Shown: positions 1 through 13,768, numbered from the stretch's first letter. The stretch is 64,000 nucleotides of DNA from Octopus vulgaris (GCA_951406725.2 OX597815.1:203174001-203238000), one strand, 5' to 3'. Numbers and translations: made by a program. The notes: generated by a model not told the origin, from the letters alone.

Positions 1-4
1 GTTT

Positions 5-5
5 G

Positions 6-36
<31 letters not shown>

Positions 37-68
37 CTCTTTGTCAGTATCTCTCTCTATATATATAT

Positions 69-129
<61 letters not shown>

Positions 130-225
130 TATATGTGTGTATATATATATGTATATATATATATATACATATATATATGTGTCTGTGTGTACATATATAT
201 GCATACATATATGCATACATACATG
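5..225. repeat. (TA)n-rich compound microsatellite
   Basis: Direct TA/TG/CA dinucleotide runs. Confidence 0.95.
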
Positions 226-919
226 ATTAATTTACGTAATGTAATTTGACTGCAGTGTGTCATGCCTACGCAGTAGATATTTATCAAATTAACAATGGCA
301 AACCAACTATGAAATATGTCAGAATATTTTCTCTGTTCTGTTTGTACAGATAATAATAACATCTTTCCCATTTATTTTCTTTACATGCTTTACACAACAT
401 ATATTCTGTAGATTCTGATATCTGTACGTGTTATTTTAAATTTATCTTAGATTTTCAAATACACTCAGTGTAAGTATAAAAAAAATATATTTAAGTATAA
501 TATTTATGATGCAACCGACAAATGCTTTTCAGTTGATTACTTGCTTGTGACTAATTTATATAATACTAGTGCATGTCTTGTTGTCTTATGCCTGGAATAA
601 GTAATACTTCGCTTCATTGAAATGTAGGTATACATTTATATATGCAAGATAGAATTCAGTTAAAGAAGATAAAACAATGTTGAAACATTTAATAGATAAA
701 AATACAAAGTCTAGTTTCATACAGCACATTGCCGTCTTCTGCTATATTATTTCTAAAGAGCGAATTTAGTTCGTAAAGTATTTGAGGAATATTAAAATGA
801 TTATAACATAATAAACATCCAGCTATCTTTCTGAAATATTTCAATGGAGGAAACTGGGGCGGGCAGTGCCTATGATTTGTCTAAGGTACTTGTGTACTGG
901 GTGATAGATAAATAGATAG

Positions 920-925
<6 letters not shown>

Positions 926-960
<35 letters not shown>

Positions 961-980
961 CATACAGACAGTTAATTATG

Positions 981-1041
<61 letters not shown>

Positions 1042-1102
1042 GGGTCTCTTTTCAAAGATGCCGCTTTTTACATTATAAAAAAGCGATAAGAATATTCAGT
1101 CT

Positions 1103-1140
<38 letters not shown>
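926..1140. repeat. (GA)n, (GATA)n and (TC)n microsatellite cluster
   Basis: Visible arrays at ~926-956, ~981-1040 and ~1107-1140. Confidence 0.95.
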
Positions 1141-1146
<6 letters not shown>

Positions 1147-2162
1147 CTTTACTGACTGTCTGTCTCCCCCTTTCTCTGTGTCTCGCTCTCTCTGTCTGTG
1201 TGTCTGTCTCTCCATCTGTGGCTGTCTCTCCCTCTCTCTCTTACACACATACACACACACACACACTCACTTTGCCCTTCTCTCTATAATGGCACAAGCA
1301 TATACATGCACACACATTCATTTTTCAGAATATTATAACAGTATTACTTGTATGTTTGTCTGTCTGAAACATTGAGTTAAATTATAAAGCTGATACATAT
1401 GAAGCTGCAGAATCTTATTTTCAATAGCTCTATCTTAATAATTTATCTAAACATTCTTTAACGATTCTTTTGAGAAATTTGTGTTGGTGTACATACACAT
1501 GCACATACATGCATGCGCACATTCAGGGATACACCCAGACAAACAGAGAGTCTGTCATATTCGTGCATATTCGTGTACTTGTGTGTACGTGTATAGGCCT
1601 CTGTCATTATACATGCAAAGAATAACAGATATGAGAGGCAGAGATGGAGACAGAGACAGAGAGAGACAGAATAGATATTCGCATTTTTGTTATAATTTCT
1701 TTAACGAGAGTGCTGGCAAATCTATGTCTGTCTGTGTCCATACATACCTATATATATACGGAGGGAGAGAAAGAAAGGACAGGGTGCGAATGAAATCGGA
1801 AATTACAAATGGACAGATTTCCCAAAAATCACATTAAAGAATTGTTATATAGTTCCTGAAGGATAAAGGTTGGGGAATGCATTCAACCAACCATGTATTA
1901 TCCCAGGGTAATTTTCTTTTTCTGTATGCTAACGAAAACTAGGGTTTCAGGAACATTGATATTTCTTTGAACATTGAATATCAGGAACATTGATATTTAT
2001 TCCCAATGTGGATTAACCAATATATATGCCTATTCAAGATATATAAATATATATATTAAATATAGGTGTGTGTCTCTGTGTGTGTGTGTGTGTATGTGTG
2101 TATATGTATATAAAGTACGATTTATTCATGATCAGTCGTGTTCGAAAACTGAGCTACTACTG

Positions 2163-2215
<53 letters not shown>

Positions 2216-2216
<1 letters not shown>

Positions 2217-3003
2217 TCAATAAATGGTGGGGTTGTGTTGACCGCACGTGGAGAAATGATAAGTAAGGAAAATTTTTTAAAAATGCAGAATGCTCAAATG
2301 AAAGAAAATTTTAATAAAATGAGAAAATGATAAAATATATAAATATATATATTTATTCAACCGGTTTTCGTCAATGTATGACTTGTCAAGAATATTTATG
2401 TTTTAAGAAGTTTTTTAAAAATTAGAAAGGGGAAAAAAAGAAAATTGCAATGTTTTTTGTAAAAGAATAATGATAAAAATGTACAAAAATTAAAAAATAA
2501 GTTCTCCGATACATTGTGAGTTCGTTGTGTATCTTGAGTTTTATGGTTGTTTACCAAAAAATTACCTTGAGGTGTTAAGATCCAAAGGGATTAAGAGCAT
2601 GTGATGTGTTGTGTTGTTAAATTCAGCATGTTGCAGGAATTTAACAACACAACACATCACATGCTCTTAATCCCTTTGGATCTTAACACCTCAAGGTAAT
2701 TTTTTGGTAAACAACCATAAAACTCAAGATACACAACGAACTCACAATGTATCGGAGAACTTATTTTTTAATTTTTGTACATTTTTATCATTATTCTTTT
2801 ACAAAAAACATTGCAATTTTCTTTTTTTCCCCTTTCTAATTTTTAAAAAACTTCTTAAAAACATAAATATTCTTGACAAGTCATACATTGACGAAAACCG
2901 GTTGAATAAATATATATATTTATATATTTTATCATTTTCTCATTTTATTAAAATTTTCTTTCATTTGAGCATTCTGCATTTTTATAAAAAAAAATTTTCC
3001 TTA

Positions 3004-3008
<5 letters not shown>
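2216..3008. mobile_element. ~370-bp-arm near-perfect inverted repeat; probable Penelope-like pLTR with inverted copy
   Basis: 2259-2624 is the reverse complement of 2637-3008, with 12-nt spacer agcatgttgcag. (TA)n lies on both sides and each arm has an HHR-like motif. Confidence 0.75.
2868..2908 (+). ncRNA. Candidate minimal hammerhead ribozyme, U3-A8 core (mirror copy 2354-2394 on -)
   Basis: tattc-TTGACAA-gtca tacat tgac-GAAA-accggtt-gaata: stem I 5 bp, stem II 4 bp, palindromic stem III with one extra A. Confidence 0.5.
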
Positions 3009-3067
<59 letters not shown>

Positions 3068-3266
3068 AGTACAACAAAGCACCAATGTTTACTGGAAATA
3101 GCAGTAGATACATTTAGGACGCTATAGTAAAAGCTTCAATGGGTATATACTGCCAAAGACGTGCGAGGGCAGAAAACAAAAGATTTTGTCTTACCTCTAG
3201 GAAGAACATTATATTAATTGACACTGCGAGCGTTGTTCATTCCTTCACATTGTGCTTGTTTACATA

Positions 3267-3484
3267 CTCTTTTTACTCTTTACTCTTTTACATGTTTCAG
3301 TCATTTGACTGCGGCCATGCTGGAGCACCGCCTTTAGTCGAACAAATCGACCCCGGGATTTATTCTTTGTAAGCCCAGTACTTATTCTATCGGTCTCTTT
3401 TAGCCGAACCGCTAAGTGACAGGGACGTAAACACACCAGCATCGGTTGTCAAGCAATGCTAGGGGGACAAACACAGACACACAA

Positions 3485-3517
<33 letters not shown>

Positions 3518-3688
3518 CATATATACGACAGGCTTCTTTCAGTTTCCGTCTACCAAATCCACTCACAAGGCATTGGTCGGCCCGGGGCTATAGCAGAAGA
3601 CACTTGCCCAAGGTGCCACGCAGTGGGACTGAACCCGGAACCATGAGGTTGGATAGCAAGCTACTTACCACACAGCCACTCCTGTGCC
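3267..3688 (-). mobile_element. tRNA-derived SINE, family A (~400 bp, internal TA/TG microsatellite)
   Basis: Matches other copies in the window; A/B-box-like head tggctgtgtggt...ggttcagtcc; (taaaagag)n tail. Confidence 0.9.
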
Positions 3689-4134
3689 TATTTGTTTTCT
3701 AGTTACAATGTCCTAACTAATACATATACTAATTTTCTATAATTTTTTATTTATTTATTTATTTATTTGCATCTACCCGTATAATGATCATAATAGCTTG
3801 TCCTTTGCGTTTAAATTTAACTGACCAATTATAACGAGAGCTGGACTTTGGTCAGCCCCATTAGGGGCAATAGGTTGTCGGTCTTTACAACATATCAGTG
3901 AGTAAATAATTGTAATTAACTGATGGGCACTTTATTATGATAAACTATTAAATAGTACTATTATCATAATCTCAAGAACTATTATGATTACTTCAAAACG
4001 ATATGGCACTATCACTCCCTCTATTTCAAGACCTATTGGCGTATCCCGTAATGGTGATTTTTTTTATTTTACTTTTTTATTACTTATACACCCTGTTACC
4101 CCCATAGAAAAATTAACCCACCTATTAATATGTT

Positions 4135-4400
4135 AAGGCGGCAAGCTGGCTGAATAGTTAGCACGCCGGGCGAAATGCTTCGCGATATTTAGTCTGCCGT
4201 TACGTTCAAATTCCACCGAGGTCGACTTTACCTTTCATCCTATCGAGGTCGATAAATTAAGTACCAGTTACGCACTGGGGTCGATGTAATCGACTTAATC
4301 CGTTTGTCTGTCCTCGTTTGTCCCCTCTGTGTTTCGACCCTTCTGGGTAGTAAAAATATAGATATTTAGTCTGCCGCTCCGTTCTGAGTTCAAATTCCGC
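4135..4400 (+). mobile_element. SINE family B with short internal re-duplication at its 3' end
   Basis: aaggcggcaagctggc...cctttcatcc..ggtcgataaattaagtaccag; reverse complement of 30089-30319. Confidence 0.85.
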
Positions 4401-5049
4401 AACGGTATGATTTAAATATATAAAGCCTTTCATCTTCTTTTCTTTTCTTTTCTTTTCTTTTCTTTTGTGTATTTTTCTTCACTCTGATTAAGCTCCATGT
4501 TCCATATCGGATGTGTTACAAATATGTTGAATATTATTTTTTGAATTTTCAATGGCAATAGCGTAGAACAATGGAAGCAGAAACAGCTGTTAGATTGGAT
4601 ACAATCTATTTGTATTAAAAAGTAATAATTGAAGTTAGTCAGAGAGAGAGAGAGAGAGAGAGAGGCAATGACAAGAGAACAAGTGATTGTAAGCGTAATG
4701 TATTGAATGTATATGCAATACTCAGCACGTCCCTACAAATAAAACAGAACCAATGAAACTTTAATTGGGACTGACATCCAGATGTAACTTCTTGAAGGTT
4801 TACTTCTTTTTCAACTGTTCTACTGGAATTTTCTGAAAACGACAGAAAAAATTAAGCCGTTAAGTTAAAATCAATTTTCTTTAATGCGCTGTATTTTGTC
4901 TCACATTATGTCTACTGCACGAAGTGTATCAATCTAAAATTGTGCTGTGTATATTCATCGATCAGCATCTTTATCAAGTAAGATATTTAACAGATTGTAG
5001 ATATATGGCATCGGTTCCGTTTTTTGAAATAGTAATTTTTTATGAAATA

Positions 5050-5445
5050 CTAGCAGTATCGCCCGGCGTTGCTCGGATTTGTAAGGGAAATAACTATATA
5101 AGCATTTTTAGAGAGTTATAGCCAAAAATTAGCAAAACAATACATTAAAAATGGGAAAAAAAATGATGGTAATTTTTTTTAAAAATCGTTGACTCATCGT
5201 AGACATTTTTAGAGAGTTACTTCCCTTATTTAATAGCGAAAAAATGCATTAAAATGGAAAAAATTATGGTAATTTTTTTTTAATCGTAGACTCATCGTAG
5301 ACGCGCGCTAATACCCAGAAGGGCTCGATATGAATCACGACTATAAGATACCCGGTTTTGGTTAAACTGCACCGCAAAATGTGGGAGTAGTTAGGAATCT
5401 AAATCGTAGGAGACAGACACATAACCTTACTTTTATATATGAAGA
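5050..5445 (-). mobile_element. Non-autonomous Helitron-like element
   Basis: On - it begins A|TC and ends with the hairpin-like ccgagcaacgccggg then CTAG|T. No TSD, internal tandem duplication, second copy at 17266. Confidence 0.75.
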
Positions 5446-6204
5446 TATAATAGCATAGCGGAATGGTCGTTCAGGGATTTGATGTGGCTGACCAATAAAT
5501 GCGCCTCCTTGCTTGTTGTTACTATTTTTGGTCATCCAAATGTGGGTACATAATAAATAGACCCTGCGGCTTCAAATTTATCAGGCATGATTTTGAAATT
5601 CTATCACTGAAAGAACATAAACATCATTTCATTGAAGGAATATCTAATGCAATACGCAGACTTCAATTTGCTGGCGTAGACTTTGAATCAGATTACTGGT
5701 AACATGTAACAGCTGCGACTCTTTGTTCTTGCTTCCTGCGAAATGCTATACACAGTAATCTGAAAAATGCGATCTATAATTTAATTATTATCGATTTTCA
5801 GCGGTATATACACTATTAGCAAAACTTTCTGTTGTTAACTTAGTTTTTATCTCTCCATAAAATTGTTTCACTTAAGCAGCTGCAGACCAATATGAATACA
5901 TCCATTGAATTACTTAAATTCATATACTTTTATTTATTACTAAAAACAGAGAGTATGTGTCTTGTTATAAGATACTTGGGATGAATTCGTTCTTTATGCG
6001 TCTCGTAGATGATGAGCAAAGTACATACATACTTCAAATCCAGTGCATTATGCATTATTTTGAATTTGTTTTCTCTTTAATGGTTTGAAAGGAAAAAGAC
6101 AGCGCCCAAAGAAATTAACCCGAATGATTGCAAAGGGTATAAGTTTTAACAACACGGACATAAAGCATATTACTGAACACCAAGAGAAAAAGAAAAATTA
6201 GCAG

Positions 6205-6386
6205 TGTATGTATGTATGTATGTATGTATGTATGTATGTATGTATGTATGTATGTATGTATATATGTAGGTATGTATGTATGTATGTATGTATGTATGTA
6301 TGTATGTATGTATGTATGTATGTATGTAGGTATGTATGTATGCATGCATGCATGTATGTATGTATGTATGTATGTATGTATGTATG

Positions 6387-6420
<34 letters not shown>

Positions 6421-6475
6421 TGTATGCATGCATGCATGCATGTATGTATGTATGTATGTATGTATGTATGTATGC

Positions 6476-6507
<32 letters not shown>

Positions 6508-6537
6508 GTGTATGTATGTATGTATGTGTGTGTGTAT
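6205..6537. repeat. (TATG)n microsatellite
   Basis: Direct array. Confidence 0.97.
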
Positions 6538-7597
6538 AGGCGAACATTGTCAACCCAATCACAACTGAAAAATAGACTTGATTCAAGTCTCATTATTGAA
6601 TTACACCATGAGAAAATACAATGTTGCTATTCTAAAATGTCCTTTCAAATAAAAATATTAATTACACACATAAGCGCGCGCGCACACACGCATACGCACA
6701 CACATAGACACACACGCATACACGCACACACACACACACAAACACACAGAAGTATATGTGTGTCGTGTCTTATGCACAAATATTAAACATGAAGATATGT
6801 GCATACATTCTTAACAATATCTTCCTTGCATTTTAATGTCTTTCTTCTGATAAATCTATCCTTTACATACAAACATACATATATACACACACACACACTT
6901 GCGAACATAGATTGAAATGTAGAGTTATCTGAAGAAATATATTAATATGCATAGAAATATCATGCAAATATACGTATGTACATATGAATATATACATACA
7001 TATATGTGTGAGTGTGTGTGCATGTGTATACATATGTATATATGTATATATATTTACATAGCCATATATATATAAGTACAGACACACTCATGTGTGTGAG
7101 AGAGAGAACGGGGGAGAAGAGATTGAGAGAAAGCTTGATATTCTTACCATGTGCTTGTATTCTTTTAACAATTTTCCTATAGGTTCACAAACACGAATTC
7201 TACAGGAATCAAATTCGCATAGAAATATTCTATGCAGCATGATTTCAAGAAAATTAAAAATATTATTTTATACAAAATACGGATTAAAATCAATATAACA
7301 GAAAAAAAAAACTAACGTGTTTTGACATGAGACGTTTTTTTCCCTTCTTCGTTTGTTTTTTGGTTTTAACACTTCGTCTTCTGCATCAAGAAGCAAAATT
7401 TTGTATTGCAAGTTTAGTTTACCTTTCAAAGGAGGAGTTAAGATATATCCGCATATATATCAACGTTTAAAGTAATTCAATCACACATCCATATATATAT
7501 ATACATATAATAACAATATAATAAATAAATAAATTATATGCATATATACATACATATATGTACGTACTTACATCTACATGTATATATACAAGCATAT

Positions 7598-7975
7598 ATG
7601 AGTACAGGACACCACAAATAAACGTAGAACACAACGAGAAACGAAAAAATAAAATCAAACAAGGAAACGGACTTTTTTTAACAACGTAAAAACAGAGTAC
7701 AGGACAAACAATACAAGGAAAATTCCCCTTCATCAGCTGCCCCTGGTTCGACTCAATGCGTGTTTCGAAGGTAAGGGCAGAACACGGCCTTGACGAAGCA
7801 GTCCTTCCTGCAAAAGGAATTAAATAAAATTCTTTTGCAGAGGGGTAAAACAAGTGACAAGAACAGGACGTAAAAGTAATACAAATGAAGAAAAAACAGT
7901 ACAAATAAGGAATAACAGAACAGGGAACCAACAATAAGGGCTTTTTTAGGCCTAGACGGTGGAAAAATTAGTTAG
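7598..7975 (-). mobile_element. Short interspersed insert next to TA-rich tract with HHR-like motifs (possible Penelope-like terminal repeat)
   Basis: On -: ccttcGAAAC...gcagCTGATGAagggg at 7724-7771; T-rich body. Confidence 0.35.
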
Positions 7976-8379
7976 AACGCACACACACATACATACACAC
8001 AGATACAGACACGCACAGAAAGAGTTAATCAGATACATGCAGACGTGACATGAATTATTATTGGCTTCAAATGTTAGCAGAAGGGCAGTATTTTTTGTTT
8101 TTTTGCGGGGAGGGGGCCAAGTTGATTAGAGCGATTCCAGTGCTTAAGTGGTACTGATTTCATCCACACTGAAAGGATGAAAGACAAAGTCAGCCTCGAT
8201 GGAATGTGAACTCAGAACGTAGAGATGAAAAGCAGCAGCGACAGTAGTAGCAGTAACGGCAGCATTGAGAACAATTCTAACGGTGGTGGCCATGTAAGTA
8301 GTGAAAGCGGAATGGATGGAAGCAGTGGTAGTAGTAATGATAGTAAGAACATCGGGAGTAGCTACAACACATACCACTG

Positions 8380-8490
8380 CAAAGACAGCCTCTAAGTATT
8401 GATGGTCGATCCATTGGAAAGGGTTTGATTTATCCAAATTGATCAGTGCTCCACCCATGCTAGGTTCCTTCGCTACCTTCTATATAAAAT
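8380..8490 (-). mobile_element. L1/Tx1 LINE RT fragment
   Basis: MGGALINLDKSNPFQWIDHQYLEAVF, homologous to 61800-61900 (GALINLDQS). Confidence 0.7.
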
Positions 8491-9911
8491 CTTAGCCAGC
8501 TACCAAGAGATCAACGACCAAATTTGCATATGAAGATAGAGTTCGAAGGGCAGGCCATCCAGCCCCGAAGACTTCTCCATTGTGCAGCTCGTCATCACGT
8601 CCCTACTTCTGGCTCTCATTGTTAAAGTATTCTAGCGTGTCAATATTTTAACAAAATTATGATACCTTTTTTAATTATAATGTTACTTTGTGAATTAAAA
8701 TCAAATGATTTTTAATATTCAAATTTTATCCTTAGTTGCAATATTTTAAGTAAAAATTTTCTCTATTTTACCAGATGTAATAACTTGTCCTGAACTTTCC
8801 CAGATTTATTAATCTTAAGAATATTATTTCACTTGCTCGCATTTTTCCATGCAATACATATTTTTTCCAGGCTATGGTATTAAGCTAATTAATACTGTGT
8901 CAAACGAGTCAATTAGCGTTGTTGTTGATAATTTTTTCCTTACCTCAATGATGCCGGTAACATATATTAAAAGTCCCCTGGAACTATATTCATAATAAAG
9001 TTTAAGAAACAAACACACAACTTTTTCTTTGAAAACTTCATTGCATGAGATTGATACCGTGAATTTCCTCGAATTGCGTTCTATCATTTAAGCTTAATTT
9101 AAATATAGGTTGCTTTTAAAATAAAAAGATAATACTTAAATCCAATTTTTTGCCTTATATATTTTTTCATGATATTTTACCTCACAAATTTGTTGATACA
9201 AATTTTTGTTGCATGGTTCCAAAACGATGAAATTCTTCACCCTTTCTTCCATCGCTGAAGCTAAGATAAAGATATTTTGCTTTTAAACTCAAAGGTTATT
9301 TACATCGAAACTTGATTAGTGGCGTTATTAATTCTCCTATAACATCGCTACAAATTTTGATGTAAACTTTTTTCTACTAGACCAGATCTCAATTTCATTA
9401 TGCTAAAATGTAGGTAGGAATCATTCCTCTTCAAAATGTTATCGGTTCTCAATTTTGTTAAGAACTGAATTAGCAACAAGCTCTGAAATATGCTACGTGT
9501 GAGTAAATTGCTGCCTTAAGAATATTATTCAACTACTACCGTAGTTCAATGATGCTGTAAATGTGGAACTGACAACGGAGTATATGTATATTATTGTTTC
9601 GACATTTGAATATTAATTCAGTTACCCAAGTATATACTTTGGGATTATAACTGTTGTTATAATATATTAGTTATAATATATTAGTTATATGTAGTATAAT
9701 GTATAAGTTATATGTAGTAAATATAAGAATCCCTTCCAGGGGCTCTATTGTCGATTTTTTTTTCAACAATCTCAGTATGTTACTAGTTTTCCAGAAAAGG
9801 AGTGCTATTCCCGTGTCAAGTTTCATCTAAATAGATAAAACAATGTAGGAGGAGTTAGATAACAACGCCTCAAAACAAACACACCCATATATATATCCAC
9901 ATATGTAGTAG

Positions 9912-9982
<71 letters not shown>

Positions 9983-9991
9983 TATGTATAT

Positions 9992-10067
9992 CGCCCGGTC
10001 TGAGATTCGAACTCACGATCCCTCGACCGCGAGTCCACTGCTCTAACCACTAGGCCATCTGCATTCA
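9992..10067 (-). mobile_element. Isolated tRNA-like SINE head (family C)
   Basis: On -: atggcctagtggttagagcagtggactcgcggtcgagggatcgtgagttcgaatctc, similar to the head of 55427-55813; sits between microsatellites. Confidence 0.75.
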
Positions 10068-10088
10068 CACACACACATACACACACAA

Positions 10089-10126
<38 letters not shown>

Positions 10127-10251
10127 GTATGTATATGTGTGTGTGTGCGTGTGTGTATTTGTGTATGTATGTGTGTATATACATATATATATATACATAT
10201 ATACATGTATACATACATACGTAGATACACATACATGTTCTCGTATATAAT

Positions 10252-10288
<37 letters not shown>

Positions 10289-11267
10289 TAGTGTGTGTGT
10301 GTGTGTGTGTTAGTGTGTGTGTGTGTATAAAACTATGGAAAAATATACGTAGACGGAACTTCCTTTCCTGCCACAACATGTATTTAATAATACTGTAACA
10401 CTACTTCATTCCAACCGTGCCATTATTCAAATATTTTGTTCAGCATGCTTTTATTCTTTCTTTTTTCGCCCTTCCATGCTTCTCTACACTCTGTCTAATT
10501 TCATATTCTTCTTTCCTGTCTTTCTTACTTTAAACTAACTAATTTATTTCTATCTCCGAGGATTACCAAGTTGTCTGGCTTCCTGCTTCTACAACATGTG
10601 ACAACATTATAAACAGCGTGCACAAATAATCGTCTTCTTGACCTCAATTCCTAACCACCAGCTCAAAATTATCAACACTTATTTATAGCGTTTTAATTTC
10701 ACATAAATACATGATATTTAAGAAAATTCTACTGCTTGTGCATTCACGACCAATATCATTTTAGCCAAATTAAATGTATAGACAATATAGATTACTAAGA
10801 ATTCTTCTCACTACTCACTGATATCATCTGATATATACACATATTCCATAAGAAGTCGTTCTCCGGCATGAAATCCAACGACAAAATGCTAGGCTGACAC
10901 ATCGTTTCTTTGCACAAAATGAATTACATAGGTTAGTTATATCTGTTTGTGGTTTTAAATGCATGCATGGTAATGTCTATTGCAAGAGGCGCACATCATT
11001 GCCACGTCTGTCTAAAAACTGTAAGTTGCTAAGAGGACTGAAAAGAAACATCTGTGCTGCTTGTATTTGAGGGAATAACCAGCCTAAGGCATTATTCGAA
11101 ATCGAATCGCAGCCATTCTATATATAGGTGAATCATAGATGTTTTCCGTTAATTCATCTATGTTTTTCAACATGCACGGAATGTACATTTAAATTGGCCG
11201 CCAGGCAGAAGCATGTTGAAATCTAATAAGGAAGCATAGTTTAGTTTTCTTTCACTCTTGTTTATAC

Positions 11268-11269
<2 letters not shown>

Positions 11270-11335
<66 letters not shown>

Positions 11336-11432
11336 ATGTATGTATGTACGTATGTATGTATGTATGTATGTATGTATGTATGTATGTATGTATGTATGTA
11401 CGTATGTATGTATGTATGTATGCATGTATGTA
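11270..11432. repeat. (TA)n(TG)n(TATG)n compound microsatellite
   Basis: Direct array. Confidence 0.95.
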
Positions 11433-11487
11433 TAAATGCAATTATGAGGATAAGCAAATTAGACACAACAAATATACAGTAGAAATG

Positions 11488-11572
11488 GCTGTCGTCGACC
11501 CATATCTTCTACGTGACTCCATGAATACGGACCGCTATTTTCAGATGTTCGAATATTACGTGTGACCCACGG
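11488..11572 (+). mobile_element. Fragment of rosa-like transposase
   Basis: Diverged reverse complement of ~12481-12562. Confidence 0.65.
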
Positions 11573-11806
11573 TAAGAATTTCATTTTATATTGATTTTGA
11601 ATATCCTTGAATAAATTGATGTCTACATACCAATTTCTCCATTTTCTTCTTTTTCTCATTAATAAATAATTTAAATACCAATATCCATTAATGCAAAACG
11701 AAAGTATTTAGTTTTTCTCTCTGAACACTTGTTAAACCTGGAGAACTAGGATGCAAACATCCCTTAAGGGACTATAGGTCCTTGGTATAATTATATATAT
11801 ATATAT

Positions 11807-12003
11807 AAGGAGAGTTAACGAAAAAAACAAAAGACGAAGACAGGTGGTGTACAAAACAAACAGATGTATTAGTATAACGCTCAGGAACAGAAAAACGTCT
11901 TTTACATTTCGATCCTACGCTCTTCTACAGAAAGGGACAAAGAAAAAACAAGGTGAGAAAGAAGGAAAGAAAAAATGTGTGTAGTGGCTAACGATCTATC
12001 ATG
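11807..12003 (-). mobile_element. Short insert in (TA)n with degenerate HHR-like fold
   Basis: On -: cttt-CTGTAGA-a-gagc gtag gatc-GAAA-t-gta-aaag (11899-11934). Confidence 0.4.
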
Positions 12004-12004
12004 G

Positions 12005-13325
12005 CGGTGGCTGAAAGGTAAGTAGGCAACAAAAATTGGTAATAAAATCCATACTCCTTTTACAAATCTATTGAAACAAATGATACATGTTCTTTATTAC
12101 ATGGTCAAATGAAAGTAAATCTTCATACTTCAACGTAAGCACCGGTGGCGCCAACAACCGGTTTTCTCAAACGGACAGGGATGGAATGAACAACTTTCTG
12201 AAGAACGTCGACTGGTATATCATTGAGAACATCCTGAATCTCTGTCTCCAAGTCCTCCAGTGAACGAAGTTTTGTCTTGTACACCTCCTCTTTTGAGTAA
12301 CCCCACAGGTAAAAATCACATAGTGTAAGATCCGGACTACTTGGAGGCCATTCATGAAGTCTGTGTCAGCCCATCGAACGTCCTGAAAAATGTTGACCTA
12401 AACACGCACGCACAATAAGTGTAAAATAGGGTGTTGCAACATCCTGCAGGAATATCGGGTTACCAATGTTATCCCAGACACCGTGGGTCACACGTAACTT
12501 TTGAGTACCTGAAGATAGCAGTCCGTATTCATGGTGTCACGTAGAAGATATGGGCCGACGACGCTTGTTGCCGTCATTTCGCACCACATAGTGACTTTTG
12601 GTTGAACTTGCATCCTCTCAACCGTCATGTTCGGATCCCTATCACACGACGCGCAGTAATGGAAGTTGAGACGATTGATGAAATCACCAACAAGGAATAC
12701 AGCTTCGTCACTCCAGGGGATGTTTTCAAACAGTTCAGGTCAATCTTCATGCCAAACTAGCGTTAACTCCACATATTCCATTCTGCGGTCACGGCCTTCA
12801 GGTTTTAACCTCTGTACGTAATGTGGTTTCCACGGACGAAAATTCAATTCTTTATGCAACAGTAAATCTTGTTTGTTTTGTTAGTCCACTTCCACGAGCT
12901 GCCTAACGTGTTGATTTTTGTGGGCTGCGATTAAACATTTCCTCCACGGTTGCCACGTTCCCCGCTGATCAGGATGTGGTTGGACGGCCACTTCTTGCAT
13001 CGTTCACATAGACCGTGGTCATCAGCTTTGCATGACAACTTTTGATTTTCCCCGGACGTAGTGTTGCATGCTTACCTTTCCATGTACACCATCATCTCTG
13101 AACCAAAACAATGTAATTCCACACTTCATAGCGTGCTGCTATATTAGCTCGCTCCTGAACAGTCAAGCGACCGGCCACCGGGAAAAAAAAAGAAATAAGA
13201 CAATAAGAGAATAAGAAATCCCCATTAATTTTGTCTGTTTAAAAATTGTTTTCGTCGTGACTTCAGTGATACAAAAAAATCTTATAAGCAATTTCTAATG
13301 CCTAGCTACTTTCCACTCGCCTTCT
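12005..13325 (-). mobile_element. Decayed Tc1/mariner transposon, rosa (DD41D)-like
   Basis: Minus-strand WSDEAVF (~12700) and WPPSSPDLTLCDFYLWGY (~12297-12350); degenerate terminal inverted repeats. Confidence 0.8.
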
Positions 13326-13341
13326 ATGTATGTACGTATGC

Positions 13342-13372
<31 letters not shown>

Positions 13373-13448
13373 TGGCCTTTTTTCATCATCTAACTCTCTG
13401 GATGTTTTGTCGCCTGTTATGTTCTTGTTTCATTTTTTGTTTGCTCAC

Positions 13449-13499
<51 letters not shown>

Positions 13500-13500
<1 letters not shown>

Positions 13501-13764
13501 GGGTAGAAAGGGCTCCTTAGCCGTAGTGAAGGCAATCTATCTAAGGAGATAACCTTACAATAAATCACTGGGTCCGTAGCTTAGAAATACTGGGTTGACG
13601 TCCAGCGGGAACAGCTTTGTTTCATGGAGGAGGAAAGATCTTCTTTAGTACTTGGTTGTACAATGCTTTCCAGTGTGTGTAGTAGTGGCGCGCGCACACA
13701 TTATTAGCCATTTGAAAAGACTATGAAAGTCTCGACCACGGTCGAGCAATGATGATGATGATGA

Positions 13765-13768
<4 letters not shown>
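13500..13768 (+). mobile_element. Non-autonomous RTE-related element (5'UTR-like segment plus RTE 3' tip)
   Basis: Ends gtctcgaccacggtcgagcaa(tga)n, near-identical to the LINE 3' end at 31305-31339. Confidence 0.6.

Noticed and set aside
9992-10067. Possible tRNA gene
   Set aside because: No proper acceptor stem or terminator; matches the SINE family C head
8760-11160. Possible decayed DNA-transposon coding remnants (8760-9650 and 10330-11160)
   Set aside because: No diagnostic motif or TIR could be read by eye
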